Part shown: piece after piece, positions 56,563 to 64,000 of the stretch
How positions within the stretch are numbered: the stretch's first letter is position 1
Layout: each line of letters starts with the position of its first letter
Assembly (NCBI GenBank): GCA_015066245.1
Contig: SVOS01000002.1
Coordinates: forward strand, 51,000-114,999
DNA length: 64,000 nucleotides
Direction of reading: 5' to 3'
Origin: Oscillospiraceae bacterium
GTDB taxonomy: Bacteria; Bacillota; Clostridia; Oscillospirales; Acutalibacteraceae
The notes under the pieces: model-generated
Told to the model about the DNA's origin: nothing
What the model saw: the letters and a program-made list of their open reading frames with translations, nothing else
Databases searched by the model: none
Position numbers and translations under genes: made by a program

Positions 56563-58332
56563 TTACTCTGCGGTAGTGGAGCCGTCGTCAGCCTGAAGGG
56601 TGACACGAACTTCGTAATAATCTTCTGAAGAAGGACGGTAGAGTTTCAGCACAACCTCGTCACCTTTTTTATAGTTTGTAAGAGCAGTGAAAATATCATT
56701 GAAAGACTTGATATCATAATCATCAAGCTTGCACAAAATATCATCTGTTCTGATTTTGCCGTTATCACAGGGGCCGCCCTCAACGATTTCTGAGATGAGG
56801 ATGCCTCGGGGAACTTTATTGTACTGAGCTTCGAAATCTGTAATTGCAGTGCCGATGATGCCGATTTTTACTCTGCCTGAGACAAAGCCTTGCATAATAA
56901 GGTCGTCAACAACGTCTTTTACTGTGCGGCTGGGAATAGCAAAGCCCATGCCTTCGTAATCAGCATCAGCGATTTTTGCTGAGTTAATGCCGATTACCTG
57001 ACCGCAGGCGTTACAAAGAGGACCGCCTGAGTTGCCGGGATTTATGGCAGCATCTGTCTGGATATACTTAACCTGAGTCGAGAGATCTAATGTTCTGTCT
57101 TTTGCAGAGATTACGCCTCTTGTGAGGGTGTTCTGGAATTCCATACCGCCGGGATTGCCTACTGCAATTACATCCTCACCGATAGAGACAAGGTCTGAAT
57201 CCGCAAATTCTGCGGGTACAAGGCCAGAAGCCTCTATTTTGAGTACGGCAAGGTCTGTGCGTGTATCAAAACCCACAACCGTTGCGGTATATGTGTTGCC
57301 GTCATTAAGGATAACTTCGATTCGGTAAGAGGACTTGGTATCACCGATAACATGGCTGTTTGTAGCGATATAGCCTGTGGAAGTAACAATAATACCTGTG
57401 CCCTGACCTTCAAGCTGGTTGCTCATGGTTTTGGAATAACACATAATACCTACTGTAGAAGGAGAAATCTTCTCGTAAGCATACTGGGTTGTGTATTTGT
57501 TGCGGTCGGATTTGTCAGCAGGATAATTGTTAAGGGTGATTTTGCTGTTTTTGTCGAAAATCTCAGAGTTGACAGGCTCTTTATCCTCATTTGAATCGGG
57601 ATTGGATGTCACAGGATACTTGTCGGGTTCTGTTTCTTCTGTGGATGGAGATGTAGTTTCGTCGTTTTTATCCGGGATTTTTGGGGATGTATAATCGTCA
57701 TATCTGTTGTCATCCTCATAGCCGGGACGGAAATCTAATGATATGTCTCTGATTCCCATGTAATAGCCGCAGATGCCTATAATTGCAAGGCTGAAAATTC
57801 CAAGCAATACCCAAAGACAGATAAGCATAACCTTAGCTCCTGTGCTTTTCTTTTTGGGAGCAGGAGTCTGGGGCTGAGGTGCATATCCGTAGGGCTGAGG
57901 GTTATATGGTTGATTATATCCCTGGGGATACGCCTGAGATGGTGGAGCAGAGGGCTGATTATATGGTGTGTTGGGAGGGATGTATCCGTTTTGCTGAGGA
58001 GGCTGATAAGGTGGATAAGGATACGTTTGTTGAGGAGGCTGATATGGCGGCTGTCTGAAGGCGCCTGCCGGGGGAGTGTAGGGTGGTTGACGATAAGCTG
58101 TAGGTTGGGGATTTTGCACGGGCTCTGAAGGTGTTTCTTCAGCAGTGAATTCCTCGGGACAGGGCTCATCCTCGATGCTTTCCCAAACGGGTTCTGTGCT
58201 TTCCTCTGCTACTTCCTCTTTGATTTCCTCATTTATTTCGATTTCTGCTTCGGCATATTCAGAGCCGAAGTCCAGAATTTCATCATCGCTCAGATTCTCG
58301 TTTGCAGGTTCGAGATTTTTGTTTTCTTCCAT
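56563..58332 (-). CDS. htrA: HtrA-family serine protease with PDZ domain
   Basis: TNSHV, TDLAV, QTDAAINPGNSGGPL; TM helix; acidic and Pro/Gln/Tyr-rich N-terminal tail. Confidence 0.92.
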   Translation of the reverse strand: MEENKNLEPANENLSDDEILDFGSEYAEAEIEINEEIKEEVAEESTEPVWESIEDEPCPEEFTAEETPSEPVQNPQPTAYRQPPYTPPAGAFRQPPYQPPQQTYPYPPYQPPQQNGYIPPNTPYNQPSAPPSQAYPQGYNQPYNPQPYGYAPQPQTPAPKKKSTGAKVMLICLWVLLGIFSLAIIGICGYYMGIRDISLDFRPGYEDDNRYDDYTSPKIPDKNDETTSPSTEETEPDKYPVTSNPDSNEDKEPVNSEIFDKNSKITLNNYPADKSDRNKYTTQYAYEKISPSTVGIMCYSKTMSNQLEGQGTGIIVTSTGYIATNSHVIGDTKSSYRIEVILNDGNTYTATVVGFDTRTDLAVLKIEASGLVPAEFADSDLVSIGEDVIAVGNPGGMEFQNTLTRGVISAKDRTLDLSTQVKYIQTDAAINPGNSGGPLCNACGQVIGINSAKIADADYEGMGFAIPSRTVKDVVDDLIMQGFVSGRVKIGIIGTAITDFEAQYNKVPRGILISEIVEGGPCDNGKIRTDDILCKLDDYDIKSFNDIFTALTNYKKGDEVVLKLYRPSSEDYYEVRVTLQADDGSTTAE

Positions 58333-58336
58333 TGTT

Positions 58337-59806
58337 TTACTCCTCTCTGTTGTCTGATGTAAGAAGTTTTTTGCGTTTTTGGTCCGGCAAAGTAAAGCTG
58401 AATCTGCAATATTCGTCGGGCTGTGAGTCGGCGGTGATTTTTCCGCCGTGAAGCATTACAACAGTACGGCAGATGTAAAGACCCAGTCCCATACTGCGTT
58501 TGTCGGTGCTTCGCGATTTGTCTGCTTTGTAAAATTTATCAAAAACATAGCGTATATCCTCGGGGAGAATACCTTTGCCGGTGTTTTCGATGCTTAATGA
58601 GCTAAAGCCGTCTTTCTTGTCAAAGTAAAAACGGATGGTTCCTTTTTGGTTGGTGAATTTAACTGCGTTTTCCACAAGATTGTAGATAGTCTGGTGGATA
58701 AGGTCTTTGTCACCGAAAAACATAATATTTTCTTCGATATCCAGTCCTTCTATAGTGAGCTCTTTTTCGCTTAAGCGGCTTTCAAAGCTTTGAAGGACGC
58801 TGAAGACTACATCCATAATATCAAAGGTGGATTTGTTGACCTGAATTTCACCACTGTCGATTTTTGAAAGTGAAATCATAGAGGTAACAAGCCTCGAGAG
58901 ACGTTTGGTCTCTTCAGAAACAATGCTCAGATAATACTCTTGTTCGGTTTTTGGGATTGTGCCGTCAAGAATGCCGTCAATGTATCCCGAAATGGTGGTC
59001 ATAGGAGTTTTAAGCTCGTGGCTTACGTTGGCGACAAAGTTTCTGCGGATGCCCTCCATAGATGCCAGAGAGTCTGCCATTTCATTGAATGCAGAGGCAA
59101 GCTCACCGATTTCGTCTTTGTTTTTTACAGTAACTCGGCTTTCAAAGTCGCCTGACGCAAATCGCTTTGCGGCAGCAGTCATTTGTTTAAGGGGACGGGA
59201 TGCGTTGAAGGCGTACACAGAAGTCAGCGCAAATATCAGCAGTGCAGACAAAAGCACAACAAGTGTGAACACAACAAAAACCGACGGTACTGCATCAGAA
59301 CTCCACACGGTATACTGAGATACTACGGTGTAACCCAAGGTCTCGTTATCTGCCGTTTGAATGGGGGTTATGGCAATATAGTATGCTTTGTCATAAAAAC
59401 CGTCCAGATTGTCGTGAGTAAAGTAAGAGCCGTTTTTTATGCCCGAAATCAAAGAAGAAGGGAGCATAGTGCCGACTTTGTTGCTTTGACTGCTGGCAAA
59501 AGTAATCTGTCCGCTATTGTCGGTAATAAGAATCTCGGCTTTGAGGGTTTCTGACAGAGTCTCAAGATAGGGGGGCACAAGGTTTTCGGCGGAGCTTGGA
59601 TTTTCGTCTGAAATCTCGGAAATATATGTGGAAATTTCCTGAGAATGTTGTATAAGGGTGTTTTTCTTAGCCTGCTCTATGTATCCTGTAACCGGATATA
59701 TGAGGATAATCGTAATTATGAGAAGGCAAAGCAAAACCATAATTATGCCGTAGAACAAAAAACGTCTGAAAACCGTTTTGTTTACGGCGTTTTTCATATT
59801 AGCCAT
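58337..59806 (-). CDS. HAMP-domain sensor histidine kinase
   Basis: DEIGELA..FNEM, NVSHELKTPMT, NLVENAVKF, GLGLYI. Confidence 0.93.
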   Translation of the reverse strand: MANMKNAVNKTVFRRFLFYGIIMVLLCLLIITIILIYPVTGYIEQAKKNTLIQHSQEISTYISEISDENPSSAENLVPPYLETLSETLKAEILITDNSGQITFASSQSNKVGTMLPSSLISGIKNGSYFTHDNLDGFYDKAYYIAITPIQTADNETLGYTVVSQYTVWSSDAVPSVFVVFTLVVLLSALLIFALTSVYAFNASRPLKQMTAAAKRFASGDFESRVTVKNKDEIGELASAFNEMADSLASMEGIRRNFVANVSHELKTPMTTISGYIDGILDGTIPKTEQEYYLSIVSEETKRLSRLVTSMISLSKIDSGEIQVNKSTFDIMDVVFSVLQSFESRLSEKELTIEGLDIEENIMFFGDKDLIHQTIYNLVENAVKFTNQKGTIRFYFDKKDGFSSLSIENTGKGILPEDIRYVFDKFYKADKSRSTDKRSMGLGLYICRTVVMLHGGKITADSQPDEYCRFSFTLPDQKRKKLLTSDNREE

Positions 59807-59807
59807 G

Positions 59808-60494
59808 TTATCTCACTTCGAATTTATAGCCTCTGCCCCAAACTGTGCAGAGTGCCCATTTGTCACTTGCTCCGTCGATTTTTTCGCGGATTCTCTTGAT
59901 GTGAACATCAACGGTGCGGCTGTCGCCGTAATAATCAAATCCCCAGACCTCGTCCAAAAGCTGGTCTCTGGAGAACATTTTGTTGGGGTTTGAAGCAAGG
60001 TGATACAAAAGCTCCAGCTCCTTGGGGGGAGTTGGGATAGTCTTGTCCTTGACTTTAAGTTCGTAGTTTGTAAGGTTTATCTCAAGGTTTTCCCACTTGA
60101 TTTCCTTTACAGAGTTGTTGTCACCGCTGTCGCTGCGTCTTAATACCGCACGTACTCTGGCGATTACCTCTTTTGTCTCAAAGGGCTTTACTATGTAGTC
60201 ATCTGCACCGAGCTCCAGACCAAGCACTTTGTCAAAGGTTTCGTCCTTGGCAGTGAGCATAATGATGGGGCAATCTGAGTTTTTGCGGATTTCGCGGCAA
60301 ACCTGCCAGCCGTCAAGTTTAGGGAGCATAATGTCCAGAAGAATAAGGTCGGGCTTTTCGGTTTTGAAAAGCTCCACGGCTTTTTCACCGTCATCTGCTA
60401 TTACACATGTGAAATTTTCTTTTTCTAGATAAAGTCTTAAAAGGTTGGAAATATTGGAGTCATCGTCAACAATGAGGATTTTGTTAAGTCCCAT
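59808..60494 (-). CDS. OmpR-family response regulator
   Basis: LIVDDD, LLDIMLP, LTAK, GADDYIVKPF, RTVDVHIKRIR, TVWGRGY. Confidence 0.95.
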   Translation of the reverse strand: MGLNKILIVDDDSNISNLLRLYLEKENFTCVIADDGEKAVELFKTEKPDLILLDIMLPKLDGWQVCREIRKNSDCPIIMLTAKDETFDKVLGLELGADDYIVKPFETKEVIARVRAVLRRSDSGDNNSVKEIKWENLEINLTNYELKVKDKTIPTPPKELELLYHLASNPNKMFSRDQLLDEVWGFDYYGDSRTVDVHIKRIREKIDGASDKWALCTVWGRGYKFEVR

Positions 60495-60635
60495 AAAATA
60501 TACCTTCTTTCATAATAACAAAACCATTATATCACAAAAAATACCCAAAAAGTTAAGCATTCTTAAAAGCAATCTGATTTTTGTGTGAAAATATAGCAAA
60601 AAACCGCCCAACGGCAGCCCGTCAGGCGGAAAAAG

Positions 60636-61841
60636 TCAATAAGGCTGGGCAATACAGCGTCTGAACATATCAATAACATACTCTGCGTCGCTATCAGACA
60701 TAGTAGTGTTGAGGGGCAAAGTAAGCTCGTTCTGATACATATCAAAAGCATTGGGATAATCCTTAATGTCAAAGCCACGGCTCTTGTATGCAGTAAGCAG
60801 AGGCAGAGGCTTGAAATGAACATTGCAGATTACGCCGTTCTGTGCCATACGCTTGAAAAAAGTGTTGCGGTAATCGGAGTCTTGTCCGAGAAAACGAACC
60901 ATGTAAAGATGGCCGCTGCTTCTGTGATTTGCGTCACAGTGATTTAAAACGCTTACGGGTAAATCCGAAAAAGCGTTGTCGTACATTTTGATAAGCTCGT
61001 GACGTCTTGCGATGATATCCTTGTATCTGTCCATCTGAGCAAGGCCCATAGCAGCAAGTATATCGGGCATATTGCACTTGTACTGAGTGTCTACAACGTC
61101 ATATTCCCATGAAGTGCCCTTGTTTTTGGCATAGGTATCCTTTGTCTGGCCGTGAAGAGAGAAAAGCATATATTTTTTGTAAAGCTCATCGTTGTCAATG
61201 CCCTTGATGTTCTTCCAGCTTACGGCACCGCCCTCACCTGTGGTAAGGTTCTTAACTGCGTGGAAGCTGAAGTTTGTAAAGTCAGCAACCTCACCGCACA
61301 TTTTACCCTTGCGGCTTGCACCCAGTGCATGAGCACCGTCGCAGATAACCATAACTCTGCCGATAGCCTGCTGGTATTCGTTGGTGGGCTTGAAAAGATG
61401 ACGCTTGTTCTCTACTGCCTTGAAAATACGGTCGTAGTCGCACATAACACCTGCTAAATCAACAGGGATAATGGCCTTTGTCTTTTCGTTGATGGCATCC
61501 TCCATTTTGTCATAGTCCATTTCAAAGCTGCCGGGAGCGCAGTCAATGATAACGGGAGTTGCACCAATGTGATAAAGGATAGATGCAGATGCTGTGTAGG
61601 TGTAGGCAGGCACAATAACCTCGTCGCCTTCGCCGATGCCCAGGATTCTCAGAGTCATTTCAGCACAAGCTGTCTGGGAAGAAAGGCATACAGCACGTTC
61701 TGTATTACAAAAATTAGCAATTCTTGTTTCAAAAAGTTTAGTTTTTGGTCCTGTAGTAATCCAGCCTGACTTAAGTACATCAACAACCGAGTCAATCTCA
61801 GCCTGAGTGATGTCAGGAGGAGAAAAAGGGATATTACGCAT
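60636..61841 (-). CDS. DegT/DnrJ/EryC1/StrS-family PLP aminotransferase
   Basis: SGWITTGPK, IPVDLAG, DGAHALG, SFHAVKNLTTGEGG. Confidence 0.92.
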   Translation of the reverse strand: MRNIPFSPPDITQAEIDSVVDVLKSGWITTGPKTKLFETRIANFCNTERAVCLSSQTACAEMTLRILGIGEGDEVIVPAYTYTASASILYHIGATPVIIDCAPGSFEMDYDKMEDAINEKTKAIIPVDLAGVMCDYDRIFKAVENKRHLFKPTNEYQQAIGRVMVICDGAHALGASRKGKMCGEVADFTNFSFHAVKNLTTGEGGAVSWKNIKGIDNDELYKKYMLFSLHGQTKDTYAKNKGTSWEYDVVDTQYKCNMPDILAAMGLAQMDRYKDIIARRHELIKMYDNAFSDLPVSVLNHCDANHRSSGHLYMVRFLGQDSDYRNTFFKRMAQNGVICNVHFKPLPLLTAYKSRGFDIKDYPNAFDMYQNELTLPLNTTMSDSDAEYVIDMFRRCIAQPY

Positions 61842-61939
61842 AATATCAACTCCTTTTGTATTAAATGCATAAGTTCCTACTATATCACACTAATTATACA
61901 TCAAAGGAGTTCGGGTGTAAAGTGGTTTTTGTCGTGTTT

Positions 61940-62215
61940 TTAATTATCGTCTTTTTTCTTAGAAAAGCAGAGGTTGAGGTACTTGTTTTTGGTAGCTTCG
62001 CCTCCTCTGAGGTGTCGCTCCTGCTTGTTTTGCTGCAAAATCAGATTGACTTTGTTGAAAAGTGCCTTATCTATGTACCTGAGTCGTTGGCTTACATCCT
62101 TGTGAACGGTGGATTTGCTGATGCCGAATATTTTGGCGGCAGCCCTGACGGTAGAGCGTTTTTCTACGATATATTCACCCAGCTTTGCTGCTCTCTCCTC
62201 TACAATTTCTTTCAT
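61940..62215 (-). CDS. spoIIID: Stage III sporulation protein D
   Basis: STVRAAAKIFGISKSTVHKDV, RHLRGGEATK; GGGAGG SD. Confidence 0.95.
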   Translation of the reverse strand: MKEIVEERAAKLGEYIVEKRSTVRAAAKIFGISKSTVHKDVSQRLRYIDKALFNKVNLILQQNKQERHLRGGEATKNKYLNLCFSKKKDDN

Positions 62216-62243
62216 AAAGAAACCTCCCATAAGTATTCTGTAA

Positions 62244-62272
62244 ATACTATGTTTGGTTTTTCTGCGATATAC
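62244..62272 (-). promoter_or_regulatory. Putative SigE promoter of spoIIID
   Basis: GTATATC, 14 nt, CATAGTAT on the minus strand; spoIIID is SigE-dependent in Bacillus. Confidence 0.55.
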
Positions 62273-62368
62273 TTGGAATAAATTCTTTTGTTGTCATTGA
62301 CAGAAGGGATAGTTAAGTGTATGCTTAGTGTAAGGAAGAAAATATATTTTTGGATAGGAGGTTTACTT

Positions 62369-62770
62369 ATGAAGAAAGTATTTCTGATAATTTTGGCAGC
62401 CTGCTTGCTTATGACAACAGGAATTACTGCGGTATTTGCCGTAAATGGAGACGGTAAAAATTTTGTGGACAAAAACGGCGATATGATTTGTGACAATAAG
62501 ACAGAATGCTCTCAGAAAGCAAATTTTGTGGATGAGGATAATGATCTAATTTGTGACAGACTAAGCGAAAATTGTTACGGCAAGGGCTTTGAGGACACTG
62601 ACAATGACGGAATTTGTGATAATCAAGGCGAAAACTGCAAAGCTGACGGCTTTACAGATGTAGATGAAGACGGAGTTTGCGACAATAAAACTCAGGATTG
62701 TCCACAAAAATTAATGTGCGGCAAACAAAACGGACAGGGAAAAGGAAAACACTGTCAGAATCAAAGATAA
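62369..62770 (+). CDS. Secreted protein with four DxD/NxDxxCD Ca-binding-like repeats
   Basis: GGAGG SD, signal peptide; FVDKNGDMICD, FVDEDNDLICD, FEDTDNDGICD, FTDVDEDGVCD at a 21-aa period. Confidence 0.8.
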   Translation: MKKVFLIILAACLLMTTGITAVFAVNGDGKNFVDKNGDMICDNKTECSQKANFVDEDNDLICDRLSENCYGKGFEDTDNDGICDNQGENCKADGFTDVDEDGVCDNKTQDCPQKLMCGKQNGQGKGKHCQNQR

Positions 62771-63044
62771 GTTAAATAATAACACATAGAAGCAGAGCGT
62801 TTTTTAAAAAGTGCTCTGCTTTTTTTCTTTTGTAAACTGAATTTTCGGAGCGATATTTTCTCGTAAAAACACAAATGATAATATATGCCGAAAGCAGCTT
62901 AAAATGATACAGGATATTTAAATAAAATTAATAAAAATCAGAGCAAAAAAGGTTTACATATTCGTCAAAATGTGTTAAGATAAAAATGGATTTTTATAAC
63001 TAATATAAGTTTTTTATTATTTCTGTTGTAAAGGCGGAACGGGT

Positions 63045-64000
63045 ATGCTGAAAGTTAAAACCAACAACCCCCAGGTCGATGAAGTAAAAGCATCGGAAAA
63101 TACTAAAAATAATAAATATATAAGCAAAAACAGTCTGTATGTTGTTAACAGAGATAAGACCTTTTATACAAAAGGTGACGACAGACGTCCCATGCGCATT
63201 TGTATGGTTACAACTATTTCAAAGACCTTTGAGTGCTTTGTTGCTGACAGTGCGAAGAATCTTGCATCCAAAGGTTTTGAGGTTACAGCTGTCTGTGGCG
63301 GTGTAAGCGATAAATTCAGAGCTAAAAATTCTGATTTTGCCAAGATAATTGAAGTTCCCCTTGAGCGTGGAATTGACCTTGCCTCTGTTGTGCGAAGCAC
63401 CCGCATACTCAGCAGAATTTTCAAAGAAGGCAACTTTGATGTTATTCAGTATTCCACTCCCAATGCTGCTTTTTGCTGTACGCTGGCAAAAGGCTTTAAG
63501 AAAATTCCCGTAAGAGTTTACGGTCAGTGGGGCATAAGGTATGTAGGTTTTTCCGGAATCAAGAGGTTTTTGTTTAAGCTTATTGAGAAAATCACCTGCA
63601 AGGGTGCTACTCAAATTCATGCAGTAAGCCACAAAAACCGAGAGCTTGCCATCAGTGAGGGCCTTTGTAAAGAGGATAAAATTGCTGTTATCGGTAAAGG
63701 CGGTACAGTTGGTGTGGATTTTAAGATTCACGATATAGAAAAGAAGCCCGAGTTCAGAAAAGTTATCAGAGAAAAATACGGACTCACAGAGGATAATACA
63801 GTTTTTGGCTTTGTGGGCAGACTTAATGTTGACAAAGGTGTAAATGAGCTTTTGAGTGCTTTTCGTGCGGTGTCTGCTACACGAAAAGGTGCGAAGCTTT
63901 TTGTAATTGGCGGTGAAGATGAGTCAAGCCCCGTTGATGAAATTCTTCTTAACTGGGCACGGAACAGCAAGAACGTTATTATTACCGGCGGTGTGCCGGC
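63045..64000 (+). CDS. Glycosyltransferase family 4 (3'-truncated; absent from the ORF track)
   Basis: Translated by hand: RICMVTTI, FDVIQYSTPNAA, IGKGGTVGVD, FGFVGRLNVDKGVNELL; open to the window end. Confidence 0.85.
   Translation, partial: MLKVKTNNPQVDEVKASENTKNNKYISKNSLYVVNRDKTFYTKGDDRRPMRICMVTTISKTFECFVADSAKNLASKGFEVTAVCGGVSDKFRAKNSDFAKIIEVPLERGIDLASVVRSTRILSRIFKEGNFDVIQYSTPNAAFCCTLAKGFKKIPVRVYGQWGIRYVGFSGIKRFLFKLIEKITCKGATQIHAVSHKNRELAISEGLCKEDKIAVIGKGGTVGVDFKIHDIEKKPEFRKVIREKYGLTEDNTVFGFVGRLNVDKGVNELLSAFRAVSATRKGAKLFVIGGEDESSPVDEILLNWARNSKNVIITGGVP

Overview
A chromosomal window from a spore-forming clostridial gut or rumen bacterium. Three dockerin proteins, a CBM26-like starch-binding module and spoIIID suggest a Ruminococcus bromii-like (amylosome-type) organism; this is inference. 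I can support about 60 CDSs. They include greA, lysS with a C-terminal tRNA-binding domain, lexA, an eight-gene aromatic amino-acid operon, a class III ribonucleotide reductase fused to a redoxin domain next to trxB, an SNF2 helicase, an SPFH/Zn-ribbon/TPM operon, an EF-G paralog, pgk-tpiA-gpmI, citrate synthase, luxS, ldh, mgtE, an RR-HK-htrA module, spoIIID and a partial GT4. I saw no rRNA, tRNA, CRISPR array, transposase or integrase. Gene orientation switches from + to - at about 31.8-32.9 kb. The most interesting observations are: (1) a 31-codon leader ORF with alternative SD-sequestering structures upstream of mgtE; (2) an EF-G paralog with degenerate switch II, G4 and G5 motifs; (3) an AT-rich 1.05-kb cassette between 35-bp inverted repeats, encoding a 10-aa peptide, a lipoprotein and a Cys-rich secreted protein; (4) a secreted metallophosphoesterase-dockerin-CBM26 protein; (5) the NrdD-redoxin fusion with TrxB and four NrdR boxes; (6) an orphan DnaA-box cluster; (7) a candidate operator for the aro operon. 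Family assignments come from motif recognition by eye, not from database searches.
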